A stretch of DNA of 64,000 bases from an archaeon (GCA_024276795.1 JAJRWK010000103.1:1110-65109); one strand, 5' to 3'; shown: positions 9,710 through 19,030, counted from the stretch's first letter. Translations and numbers: made by a program. The notes: generated by a model from the letters alone, not told the origin.

Positions 9710-11236
9710 TCATATGATTTCATCAGATAGGGAGCGTAAAAGTCGAACAACATCATCATTAATATTGTATTTCTTAATTTGCCCCAAAGAATAAGACGAG
9801 ATTGTTGCCTTAGAACCTAATAAGAAACGAACGCTTGGCAGATCAAGTAACCGCATAATGAATTCTTTCCTTCGTTTTGGGTACATAGAAAAAATACGCC
9901 CTCCAATCCATTGCAAATGAGAAAGGACTTCAAAAAGGAAAAATTGGACAACGACACGATTAGATTTAGCATTTTTAACATCAGAATCATCAACACGTGA
10001 ATGGATCCCCAATTGAGTCAAAATTGATTAAGTAAAGGGCAATTCTCTTTGATGACAAACAATGCCTAGACCAAAGCGAGCCTTCCCCCCAGCAACATAT
10101 CCATCTCCTTCTAAAATTCCATGCAAAAAGCTTCACAGAACATCTTTTCGGATCCTCTCAGCCATTATACAGTCACGTAGCTTATTCAGAATACGCTTGT
10201 GAAATTCTAAAACAAGATTTCGATAATCTCTAATTCTCAATGAACCCCCGGGATTCCATTTTCGACCCTAAAGTAAATCGGATTCTAAGATGCGAATATT
10301 GTTATGTGAGAGAGAAATACTACTATTAATCCAATACGATAAGAGGTGATTTTTTATGTCGGAAGAAATAGTCGCATCGATTGCTCTCTTAGTATATGTC
10401 AGCTCAAAATGAAGGTCATCAGATGAAATTAGAGAATGATACATTGCAACATAGTATTTTGCTTGTTGTGGGGTTGATGCGTTAATGCTCCACCCGCTTC
10501 CTTTCTTGGTTCCATCTGCGTAATAGCATCCGAAGTAGTGAGCGATATCCGAGATCTTGAGCGATATGGGGGTGATAATTGGCTTATGCCGTCCCAAAAA
10601 GATGATCATTTCGTTTTCATCGATTTTGCCAAGGACTGCGTCTGGGAAGAGCGATGGGAGAAGAAGGGTTTCCATTGTTTGATTCTTGGGGGTTTCTTGA
10701 TTGGGCTTTTGTGGGTCAATGATGGGGAATTTCTCGATGATTTTGACTTTTGCTTGGCGCTTTACCGGCACATCATTCATTCTCACCACGAAGTGATGCT
10801 CGTCTCTTTTCCCTTTTCTTGGAGTTTTGGAAACAATGATTACTTCGCTAAAAACCTTCTCACCCAAGGTCAATTCGACCCTTGCAATGCTTCCTTCTTT
10901 CAGTTCCAGTTCCTCGATTACTTCGAGCGGGATTTGAACCCGCTTACCCTGAGTGATTTGAGAAACAAAGTACTCGGTCTTGTAAGCTTGAAAAAGCAGT
11001 TCTTTGCCAATCAAAGAAAAAGCAGCAATAATTTCGGAAGGGACGTAAAATCCCATGGAAGCGTTTGTTTTCCGAATTGGGACAATAAACGAGAAAAACT
11101 CCTCTTCATTTGATAACCCTTGAATTAAAAGCCTATCCCCCAAGCGAAACTGGCTGACAAGAGGTTTTGGCACGGTAACCCATCCCGTAGTCCCCCTCGC
11201 GTTTCCTTTTCTCACAGTTGCACGCCATTGAAGCAT
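9710..11236 (-). pseudogene. decayed AbrB/SpoVT-like + double-motif LAGLIDADG-type gene with three in-frame stops
   Basis: A single minus-strand frame runs 11236->9710 and is interrupted by TAG (10268..10270), TGA (10133..10135) and TAA (10028..10030). The N-terminus has two AbrB-like swapped-hairpin motifs (VTVPKPLVSQFRLGDRLLI and RVQIPLEVIEELELKEGSIARV). LAGLIDADG-like motifs are YFGCYYADGTKK and, between stops 2 and 3, FLHGILEGDGYV. Confidence 0.55.
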
Positions 11237-11266
11237 GATGGCATCTCCTTATTTGATTTGTCAGGC

Positions 11267-11288
11267 ATAGTTCTTAGGGTTTTTAGGA
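11267..11288 (-). promoter_or_regulatory. recurrent promoter-like motif, copy 1 (sense TCCTAAAAACCCTAAGAACTAT)
   Basis: It lies 31-52 nt upstream of the minus-strand start at 11236 and is near-identical to the copy at 60781..60802. Confidence 0.3.
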
Positions 11289-11447
11289 GAATGAAACCGA
11301 AAGTATTCTGACATGAAGGATAGCCGTTTTTTCTTTGAAATTTGGGGGTTTGGTGTGGTGTTGAGTGTGGTGAAAGTATTGGGCAAGTTGTTTTACTTTT
11401 TTTAACTCAAAACGAGTAATTTTTTAAGTGTCCCCACGCATAATGAT

Positions 11448-11609
11448 ATGAAGGTTATGAGCACAAGGAAGCAAAGACATACAACAAAAAAAACCACATG
11501 GCTTCTCCAAAATACGCATTTTGAGCTGAAACGTGTAGCTAGAAAAAAGACAAGAGCACAGAGAGGTTTTCTAACCCTCAAAGAGAAAAGTAGGAAAACA
11601 AGAACATAG
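11448..11609 (+). CDS. candidate small basic protein (53 aa), not in the ORF track
   Basis: The ATG at 11448 lies about 26 nt downstream of the TATA-like TAATTTTTTAAG (11417..11428). Translation is MKVMSTRKQRHTTKKTTWLLQNTHFELKRVARKKTRAQRGFLTLKEKSRKTRT. It ends 20 nt before the glmU-like gene. It could be a chance ORF in A-rich spacer. Confidence 0.2.
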   Translation: MKVMSTRKQRHTTKKTTWLLQNTHFELKRVARKKTRAQRGFLTLKEKSRKTRT

Positions 11610-11628
11610 ATCAAGACATAAACAACCG

Positions 11629-12858
11629 GTGAAAAGAATGAAAGTAGTCATTTTAACAGGAGGAAAAGGAGAAGAACTCTGGCCCCTTGCCAAAGAAAAA
11701 ACAAAGAGCATGCTACCCCTTGTTGGAAAACCCATCCTACAACGAATCATAGAAGCATTTATTGAAAACGGAATCAAGAACTTCATCATCGTTCACAACC
11801 CTAGAGAAAAAGAAATCCAAGAACATTTTGGCAACGGGAGCAGATGGGGAGTACAAATAAAATATGCCTCCCAAGAAAAACCACGAATAGAAGGAGCAAT
11901 CCTTGCCGCCAAGCCATTCGTGGAAAACGAAGCCACATTCATCCTCTCCCACGGAGACATTATCTTCGATCCCCCCTTCATCAGCAAACTCCTCGACACC
12001 TACGAAAACATGAGTAGCGACATGGTTGCGGGTGTCGCCTTACAAGGGGAAGTAAAAGAATTCGGTGTCGCAGACCTAACATCACAGGGCTACATTAAGA
12101 AAATAATCACTGGCGGAAAAGGCATTGGCAACTACGTCATCGCCGGACTCTCACTCGTCACGCCCGACCTTTTCAATTACTTAGAAAATGGGGAAACCTT
12201 CATTTCAGCCACAAACAAGATGATACAAGACGACTTGCAGGTAACAGCAGCAGTCTGGCCCTACACATGGATAGACATCGGAAGACCATGGGACCTCCTT
12301 CACGCCACAAGGTTCATTCTTAGCTCACTAGAAAAACAAATCATCGACACAAAAGTCGACATAAGCGGAGCAACCATAAAAGGGCCAGTCATCATTGAAA
12401 AAGGCGTAACCATAAAAGAAGGCGCTACCATTCGTGGACCAGTATACATAGGCGCCAACTCCTACGTGGGAAACAACGCGTTGATCAGAGACTACGCTGT
12501 GCTAGAGCAAAACGCACGAATAGGAATGGGAGTAGAAATCAAGGCATCCATCATCATGCCCAACGCCACCGTACACAGACTCTCATACGTAGGGGACAGC
12601 ATCCTAGACCGAGAGGCGACCTTGTCCGCGGGATCAATCACTGTAAATACCGATCCAACAGGAAAAACCATAACCATGAACATTAAAGGAAAACCATTCG
12701 ACAGCGGGCTAACAAAGTTGGGATCAGTCATCGGGGCAAAAGCAAGAATCGGAGTGCATTCCACCATCTATCCGGGAATTAAGATCGGAAGAAAAGCCAT
12801 TATTCCCCACGGAACAACCGTTACAGAGGATGTGCCAGATCACGACGACACAAGATAG
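11629..12858 (+). CDS. bifunctional sugar-1-phosphate nucleotidylyltransferase/acetyltransferase (archaeal GlmU-like)
   Basis: The N-terminus has the NTP-transferase motif VILTGGKGEELWPL..KSMLPLVGKPIL. The C-terminus has hexapeptide (left-handed beta-helix) repeats. Confidence 0.8.
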   Translation: MKRMKVVILTGGKGEELWPLAKEKTKSMLPLVGKPILQRIIEAFIENGIKNFIIVHNPREKEIQEHFGNGSRWGVQIKYASQEKPRIEGAILAAKPFVENEATFILSHGDIIFDPPFISKLLDTYENMSSDMVAGVALQGEVKEFGVADLTSQGYIKKIITGGKGIGNYVIAGLSLVTPDLFNYLENGETFISATNKMIQDDLQVTAAVWPYTWIDIGRPWDLLHATRFILSSLEKQIIDTKVDISGATIKGPVIIEKGVTIKEGATIRGPVYIGANSYVGNNALIRDYAVLEQNARIGMGVEIKASIIMPNATVHRLSYVGDSILDREATLSAGSITVNTDPTGKTITMNIKGKPFDSGLTKLGSVIGAKARIGVHSTIYPGIKIGRKAIIPHGTTVTEDVPDHDDTR

Positions 12859-12883
12859 GAAAAAGACCTCATAAAAAAACCGA

Positions 12884-13486
12884 CTAGAAATAAGACTCTC
12901 CAATGTGGCGAAAACCAAATGATGAAAAAAGCTTTTGCGAGGCAAAATTTTTCTCATAAATCTCAGCGATAATCGTGTTCGGCTCAAACTTTTCAAAAAA
13001 CTCAACAGCTTTGCAAAGCAAAGCAACACCTATGCGTTTTCCCCTAAAACGAGGCAAAACACCAATTCCAGAAACAATACCGGTCTTCAATCCAGGTTTC
13101 AAAGGATGCTGGTCAACCGACAAATAAATGAAGCCACACAACGTTCCCCAGAGCTCAGCAACAAAGGTTCGCTCTGCGGGGAAAGTAGCAGCTTCTTCGA
13201 CAGAAATCGGCCGCGTCGGGTCAGGGGAGGCCAGGAAAATCTTATTATACAGCAAAGTCAGCTCATATTGTTCCTCAGGAAGCTGGATGTTGCGAATAGA
13301 AAGTTGCTTCCAAACGGGATCATTTGAAAAACGTGCCAAAGCATCAGAACGACGTTTTTGAGCATGTGCAAAAGGAATCTCAAAAATCAAGAAGCGATAT
13401 TTCTTGTCCTTAGGAACTGTTTTGGGTTTCTGCAAATCGCGGCGAGTAAATACTTCGTTAATCCTGCGTGCTATGCGATCAAACAT
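12884..13486 (-). CDS. GNAT-family N-acetyltransferase
   Basis: The acetyl-CoA binding motif GVLPRFRGKRIGVALL is present. Confidence 0.7.
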   Translation of the reverse strand: MFDRIARRINEVFTRRDLQKPKTVPKDKKYRFLIFEIPFAHAQKRRSDALARFSNDPVWKQLSIRNIQLPEEQYELTLLYNKIFLASPDPTRPISVEEAATFPAERTFVAELWGTLCGFIYLSVDQHPLKPGLKTGIVSGIGVLPRFRGKRIGVALLCKAVEFFEKFEPNTIIAEIYEKNFASQKLFSSFGFRHIGESYF

Positions 13487-13530
13487 GGATTCTTCTTTAT
13501 CGTTATCGTCCCAATCCTCAATGTATATGA

Positions 13531-14598
13531 CTACCCCCCCTCAGCAAGCCTACTTAGCGTAGTTGTAGCGACAATACGTACTAAATCATCATCATCTCCC
13601 AAAAGCTTCCTAACAAGAGCAATCCCCGCCTTTCCTTGAAATCCAAGAGAATAAGCAACAGCTTTGCGAACTGATGCACTAGGATCTATTATCGCTTCAG
13701 CTAAGAGAGCGATTACCCGAGAGCCGGAAAAAGATGAAAGCGAGCGAACAGCGTCAGAACGAACAGAAACCACGTCATCACGCATCAAGGAAGCCAAGAT
13801 AGGTAAAGCATGATCAGCTGCAAATCGACTCATGCTACGAGCAATTTCTTGACGAATATAATCATATGAATCAGAAACACCATTTCTTAACAACTCAGCA
13901 CTTTCTGGAGATACAATGCTCCCTAGGGCAGAATAGACAGAGAAACGAAAATCATCATCATTGCAAGCAAGAAGATCACGAAGAAAAGAAACCCCACGAG
14001 GGTCACCTAAGACCCCTAAACCTTCTACGGCAATGCGAGAAAGCTCCATATCCTCATGGTCTAGGAAAGAAACAAACAAATGAAAGAGCGAAGAATCACA
14101 AAACTGAACAAGCGCCCACAATGCATCACGCCGAAACTCAAGCGAGGCGGTGGTATCTTCAGCAATCGCAACCAACCCCTGAATCACCTTAGCACGATCC
14201 TTCCAACGCTTAAGAACAGATAAAACGTTTGACCGAACACTTTCATCCCCATCACTTAAGCACAGATAGAGCACAGATAAGCTTGAAGGATCATGAAGCA
14301 AACCAAGGGCTAACACGGCCTCGCTACGAACTTCTTCATACTCATCGTGCCTTGCCAAGAAGTGAAGATCGGACAGAGCCGAAGAAAGTCGCAACACACC
14401 ACAGGAACGAGCACTCATTGCACGAAGCTCATAATATCTAGAATCACGGAGAAACGGTAAGATCCGCGGACTTAACTCAGAAAGCCCTTGCTCACCGACC
14501 AAACGCAACCCACGAGTAACTTCAAGAAGACTTAGAGAAGAAAGTAACTTCGATACCTCTTGAACACAGGCGTTTAGAGAAGTATGACCATCATGCAT
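13531..14598 (-). CDS. HEAT/PBS-lyase-like repeat protein
   Basis: About 30-aa repeats of the form D....VR..A..ALG recur, for example EEVRSEAVLALGLL, ESVRSNVLSVL and VSVRSDAVRSLSSF. Confidence 0.7.
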   Translation of the reverse strand: MHDGHTSLNACVQEVSKLLSSLSLLEVTRGLRLVGEQGLSELSPRILPFLRDSRYYELRAMSARSCGVLRLSSALSDLHFLARHDEYEEVRSEAVLALGLLHDPSSLSVLYLCLSDGDESVRSNVLSVLKRWKDRAKVIQGLVAIAEDTTASLEFRRDALWALVQFCDSSLFHLFVSFLDHEDMELSRIAVEGLGVLGDPRGVSFLRDLLACNDDDFRFSVYSALGSIVSPESAELLRNGVSDSYDYIRQEIARSMSRFAADHALPILASLMRDDVVSVRSDAVRSLSSFSGSRVIALLAEAIIDPSASVRKAVAYSLGFQGKAGIALVRKLLGDDDDLVRIVATTTLSRLAEGG

Positions 14599-14745
14599 TC
14601 AATACCACATAGACTCACCACAAATAGAATAAATTTTCTTCGACACATGAGAGGCTACAGACGAACAAGGAAGCCAAAAAATAGAGTTAACTTTCAACAT
14701 TCCCTCTCTCCTCTCATTAATAACAAGAAAAGGTGATAATTACTT

Positions 14746-15072
14746 GTGATTAAGCCATATATTCCTAATCAGGAAAAGAGCAACCTTATACTCCGGCAAA
14801 TCCAGATAGTACTCCAAGCAGTTGTCAGGCTCATTGCAGTAAACGTCTCCATTTCAAACTCCCGATTCACCATTACAGTCTCCCCCCACGGTATTGAGTA
14901 TTTCAAACACAAAAAGGCAGAAAGTCAGTCAATTTCGTGGAAAGAAATCCCTCAAAACACTAGGATCGAGCTCTTGTCAGAACTAACAAAAGAACTTGTG
15001 ATACTGGTGAAAACAAAACAAACAAGAAAAAACCAGAAAAAACAAGACGTTAAAGGTTCAATCGAGCCTTGA
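14746..15072 (+). CDS. hypothetical protein (GTG start)
   Basis: It is the only sizeable ORF in a 450-nt gap. No motif was recognised, and its 3' end overlaps the convergent neighbour. Confidence 0.25.
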   Translation: MIKPYIPNQEKSNLILRQIQIVLQAVVRLIAVNVSISNSRFTITVSPHGIEYFKHKKAESQSISWKEIPQNTRIELLSELTKELVILVKTKQTRKNQKKQDVKGSIEP

Positions 15073-15544
15073 CCTCTTGATCAGAAGCAAGCTCTTCAAG
15101 ATCTACCTCGGGATAATCATCAAACAAAGAGGACTGGGCTTGAAAATGAAAAACACGATTACCTGGAACTTTTCTCTTGCTGAGATAGCCCTTCTGAACA
15201 AGTCGATTCAAATATGTTGTAATCGCAGCTTTTTCCAAAATCTTGCCAAAAAGCGCATGAAATTGGACCTGAACATCATTAACCGTAAATTCCAGAAAAC
15301 CAAATTCGTTTCGAACAAAAAGCCCAATGCGATCAAGCCAAGTGCCGTTAGCAAGAACCTCAAGGGGATCAATCTTTTCAGCATGAACAGATAATTCCGC
15401 AACATCATCCGACTTGGAATCAGTAACCAAGCCTTGGCGAAGAGCAGCCACGGATTGAATCATGGCTTGAATCTGCTCCGGGGTCATGTCAGGAGAAATC
15501 TCTAATGAAATGTCTCCAATGGTTAACTTCGACGGCTTCGGCAT
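15050..15544 (-). CDS. hypothetical protein with C-terminal winged-helix-like segment
   Basis: AAITTYLNRLVQKGYLSKRKVPGNRVFHFQ resembles the recognition helix plus wing of a MarR/BlaI-type wHTH. Confidence 0.4.
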   Translation of the reverse strand: MPKPSKLTIGDISLEISPDMTPEQIQAMIQSVAALRQGLVTDSKSDDVAELSVHAEKIDPLEVLANGTWLDRIGLFVRNEFGFLEFTVNDVQVQFHALFGKILEKAAITTYLNRLVQKGYLSKRKVPGNRVFHFQAQSSLFDDYPEVDLEELASDQEVKARLNL

Positions 15545-15728
15545 AACATGACACCCGGGTAAAAATGATCAACACTATACGATTTGTTTTCACCAATATC
15601 CTTTAAGACTACTAGTAATATCTGCCGATATTTCAACAAGACATGAGCTAAAATTTTTCCGATTCGAGATAGAACTTAAAAAATGGCAAAATTAAAAGCC
15701 TATCATTCCAAATACGTATGGTGGTAGG

Positions 15729-16580
15729 GTGAAACGAAAAGCAAGGTTTGCGGGTTCGTGGTATGCAGGGGATCCTACGAATCTTCTCCAGAACCTAAAA
15801 AAACACTTTTTACAAGGCCCAAAAGAAGACCCAAGAGAAATAAGTCCCAAACAAGTAGTATCAGTCATAGCAATAGTTGTTCCTCACGCAGGACATATGT
15901 ATTCGGGAACAGTAGCAGCATATGCTTATCTTGAGGCATATCAAAAGTCCGCACCACAAACCGTTGTACTCGTGGGGCCTGATCATTATGGTGCTACATC
16001 CCAACCGATTAGCATTTTCAACCAAGGAGAATGGGAAACACCCCTAGGCAATCTCCCCATAGATCATCAATTAGCCAACAAAATCATTACAGAATTACAC
16101 ACGGACCCAGATCCACAAGGCCATATGTTTGAACACTCACTGGAAATTCAACTCCCATTTATCAAGTACTGTTGGCCAAATGTCAAGATTCTACCCATTA
16201 TGCTTGCAGAACAAACACTTAATACAAGCATAAAACTCGGAGATGTATTAGGAAAAACACTAGATCCAAAAACACATTTGCTCATTGCCACAACAGATTT
16301 TTCGCACTATATCACAGCAGAACTTGCCCGCGAAAAAGATCACACAATTCTCGAACTACTCCCTGCAAAAAATCCAAGTGAGATATACAACACAATAGCA
16401 AGGACAAAAACTACTCTTTGCGGTTATGGGCCATTGACCGCAACCATACGATATAGCACATTCTATCCAGAAGCAGAAGTAAAAGTTCTTCATTACGCAA
16501 ATAGCGGAGACGTGAGCGGAGACTACAATCATGTCGTTGCATACACGGCAATATCCATCGAAAGCAAAGCACTGCTCTAA
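15729..16580 (+). CDS. MEMO1-family protein (AmmeMemoRadiSam system protein B)
   Basis: The N-terminal RFAGSWYAGDP and VVPHAGHMYSG motifs are characteristic of Memo-like proteins. GTG start. Confidence 0.85.
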   Translation: MKRKARFAGSWYAGDPTNLLQNLKKHFLQGPKEDPREISPKQVVSVIAIVVPHAGHMYSGTVAAYAYLEAYQKSAPQTVVLVGPDHYGATSQPISIFNQGEWETPLGNLPIDHQLANKIITELHTDPDPQGHMFEHSLEIQLPFIKYCWPNVKILPIMLAEQTLNTSIKLGDVLGKTLDPKTHLLIATTDFSHYITAELAREKDHTILELLPAKNPSEIYNTIARTKTTLCGYGPLTATIRYSTFYPEAEVKVLHYANSGDVSGDYNHVVAYTAISIESKALL

Positions 16581-16585
16581 CAAGA

Positions 16586-17077
16586 TCAAGAAGACGCAAG
16601 TCCACCACGCGTCTTTATTGCCGGCCCACTCAAAAGCGACCCTAGCATGAAACCAGGAACAACTGCAGAACCATAAGCCAACAACTCCCCACTTTCACCT
16701 AGAATAAGAACTTCATCCCCTACACGGATATGACGGTCAGAAGCAACAACGTGCTTATTAAAAACCGTCTTTCCAGCACGAATAAAATCTGAAACAGAAG
16801 AGTCAACCCAAACACGGTAAAGATCCTTTGGCAAAGCAGAATGAAGCCGTTGTGCACCGAGGGACGCAGGAACGAAAAACCCGTCCATAGGACGAAAGCG
16901 AAACAAGGGTTCGTCCTCCAAAAAAACTGTTTTCACGCGACGAGTCTTGCGAGACTGCACAATTCGAACAGTATCAGGAACAACGGATTTCACGTCAAAA
17001 TCTGCACGCAAATATTGGTAACGAAGCGAAAGCCTAACCTTTCTCAACAAGAAAGCCATCAAGACACACTCTCCCAT
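16586..17077 (-). CDS. PUA-domain RNA-binding protein
   Basis: The C-terminal VVASDRHIRVGDEVLILGESGELLAYGSAVVPGFML is PUA-like. The gene overlaps the endA 3' end, so the two are probably in one operon. Confidence 0.6.
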   Translation of the reverse strand: MGECVLMAFLLRKVRLSLRYQYLRADFDVKSVVPDTVRIVQSRKTRRVKTVFLEDEPLFRFRPMDGFFVPASLGAQRLHSALPKDLYRVWVDSSVSDFIRAGKTVFNKHVVASDRHIRVGDEVLILGESGELLAYGSAVVPGFMLGSLLSGPAIKTRGGLASS

Positions 17078-17667
17078 GAAGCAAAGGGTTTCCCCTGAGA
17101 AATATCCTTCAACTTAGCCTCAGAAACAGAAACATACGACACCTCCCCCAGACTGTCTACTAGAACAAAAACAAGTTGCTTTCTTGTTGCAACAGAAAGC
17201 TGAATAATTCGATCCAAGTCAGTAAGAGGGAAACCAGAGCCCTCTTGCAATGGCAGAATCAAAGTATTATACGGCGTCTGGTCAGGAATCGCGCCGCGCG
17301 GATACTGACGGAAATAGAAAGGATCATTCAGCCCGCCAGATCGAATCACATAACCCCGATTCCTCAAATCCTTATACACCAAATAGTTTCTCCAGAAATG
17401 GGGAATGTGTCGTGCAAAATACCTAGCAACAACCTTGGGTGAAAGAGGACGATCCGCACCATCTAAAAAAACAGCTAATTTATGCCTTTCAAGAAGATGC
17501 AGTGTTTCATAAGAATCAAGAGATAGTAACGATGAAGAAACCAATCGACCATACCATCCTTGCTGGAATAGCTTAGGAGCATCATCACCAGAAACCTCAC
17601 TGCCATCTTCCAATAGACACGCACGAATAGGGGAAACATGCTTCATGTTCAAAAACAAAACAATCAA
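17059..17667 (-). CDS. endA: tRNA-splicing endonuclease family protein (probable ATG start at 17646)
   Basis: YLVYKDLRNRGYVIRSG..FYFRQYPRG...ATRKQLVFVLVD aligns with the archaeal EndA catalytic domain. The Tyr and Lys positions are retained, but the His position appears substituted. Confidence 0.75.
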   Translation of the reverse strand: MIVLFLNMKHVSPIRACLLEDGSEVSGDDAPKLFQQGWYGRLVSSSLLSLDSYETLHLLERHKLAVFLDGADRPLSPKVVARYFARHIPHFWRNYLVYKDLRNRGYVIRSGGLNDPFYFRQYPRGAIPDQTPYNTLILPLQEGSGFPLTDLDRIIQLSVATRKQLVFVLVDSLGEVSYVSVSEAKLKDISQGKPFASWESVS

Positions 17668-18516
17668 GCCTTTTTAAAGCACTTTGCTTATAGACGATTA
17701 GTGAAAAAATTTGCTCAAAGACTGCGAGAACACCTCACACAAATCGACCCTCAAGAGATTCCCACAGGATATGCAAGAATAGGTAATTGCGCAATCATAA
17801 AGCCCCGTAATATCCTATCAAGTGAAAAACAAGTTGGGGATGCAATACGAAAAATCTTGCCATGGGCAAAGGCAGTCATCCTACAGAAGAACACCCTTGA
17901 CATTACAAGAAGACCACTAGGAAAAGTAATTAGTGGCAAACTAGACCTTCCCGTTATTCACAAAGAACTGCGTACTAGATTTGTTCTAAACCCCCTTACC
18001 ATTACTTTCTCCCCTGGAAACCACGGAGAACGTGAACGACTTCTGGAAGAAGTGAAAACAGGAACAATAGTAGATATGTTTGCATGCATAGGCAATCTAT
18101 CCCTACCACTATCTACCAGAAACAATACACGAGCTATAGCCATAGAAATTTCTCCATATACATTCGAACATTTAAAAGCTTCAGCAAAAATTAACAAAAC
18201 ACGTCAGTTTTATCCCATTTTGGGAGATTCAAGAATCGTTGCTCCCCAGAACAAAGCAGACATAATTCTTATGGGATTCTTCCAATGGAACAAAACCCAT
18301 CTCAGAGCAGCAAAACGAGTCCTGAAAAACACAGGAAGAATATATTTACATTACATAAGCCCTTACGAGAAAGACCTGAAAAACACCAAAGTTGAAAGAA
18401 TCTTAGAACAAGTTAAACAGATAGGCTTGACCGTAAGAGACTACACAACCAGAATAGTAAAACCATACTCCAGGGGACATCACCATGACGTAATTGTCTT
18501 AGATGTAAAAAAATAA
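17638..18516 (+). CDS. trm5: tRNA (guanine37-N1)-methyltransferase Trm5 / Taw2-like (Met-10+ family); likely start GTG 17701
   Basis: The SAM-binding motif IVDMFACIGNLSLPL and the LMGF..W motif are typical of Trm5/TYW2. The listed ATG at 17638 lies inside endA and upstream of the TATA-like box. Confidence 0.75.
   Translation: MLHVQKQNNQAFLKHFAYRRLVKKFAQRLREHLTQIDPQEIPTGYARIGNCAIIKPRNILSSEKQVGDAIRKILPWAKAVILQKNTLDITRRPLGKVISGKLDLPVIHKELRTRFVLNPLTITFSPGNHGERERLLEEVKTGTIVDMFACIGNLSLPLSTRNNTRAIAIEISPYTFEHLKASAKINKTRQFYPILGDSRIVAPQNKADIILMGFFQWNKTHLRAAKRVLKNTGRIYLHYISPYEKDLKNTKVERILEQVKQIGLTVRDYTTRIVKPYSRGHHHDVIVLDVKK
17670..17679. promoter_or_regulatory. shared bidirectional TATA-like box (CTTTTTAAAG) between endA and the trm5-like gene
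   Basis: The box centre lies about 28 nt from the endA ATG (17646, minus strand) and about 26 nt from an in-frame GTG (17701) of the trm5-like ORF. That spacing suits archaeal leaderless transcripts. Confidence 0.35.
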
Positions 18517-18607
18517 GCATATTTACTACGATCATTTCTTATAACAAACCAAAAAAATATTGACTCCATTTGAAAAAAGCAAATAGGAACACAAAGAGGG
18601 ATACACA

Positions 18608-19030
18608 ATGACGGAAGACGATTTCGAACTCATGAAGATCAGACAACGCAAAATCCAAGAATTACAAAGACAGTTGGAAATAAAAGAAAAATATCCTCCT
18701 GGTCAAGTCCATAACCTCAATGAAACAAACTTTACCGAATTCGTCAAAGCAACGCCAGTCGCAATCATCGACATGTGGGCAGAATGGTGCAGACCATGCC
18801 ATGCAATGGCCCCAGTCATGGAACAACTAGCTCAAGAGTGGGCAGAAAAATCAGTGCTCGTCGGAAAAATCAACGTTGACTACAACAGAAACATATCAGC
18901 ACAATACGGCGTCCAATCTATTCCAACATTCCTTATTTTCAAAAATGGAAAACTCGCACAAAGAGTCGTGGGAGCCGTCGGCAAAACACCTTTTGACAAG
19001 CTTTTGCGGACATTGACCAGCGACATTTAA
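18608..19030 (+). CDS. trx: thioredoxin with N-terminal coiled-coil extension
   Basis: The active site WAEWCRPCHAMAP (WCxPC) and the thioredoxin-fold motif SIPTFLIFKNG are present. Confidence 0.85.
   Translation: MTEDDFELMKIRQRKIQELQRQLEIKEKYPPGQVHNLNETNFTEFVKATPVAIIDMWAEWCRPCHAMAPVMEQLAQEWAEKSVLVGKINVDYNRNISAQYGVQSIPTFLIFKNGKLAQRVVGAVGKTPFDKLLRTLTSDI

Noticed and set aside
10924-10944. A T-arm-like sequence (GCGGGTTCAAATCCCGC on the minus strand) that suggests a tRNA.
   Set aside because: No matching acceptor, D or anticodon arms exist in the flanking 80 nt. It lies inside the AbrB-like coding segment (..RVQIPLEVIE..).
10538-11113. A 191-aa plus-strand ORF within the AbrB-LAGLIDADG region.
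   Set aside because: It has no motif, whereas the minus-strand frame carries the AbrB-like and LAGLIDADG-like motifs and continues in phase through the whole element.
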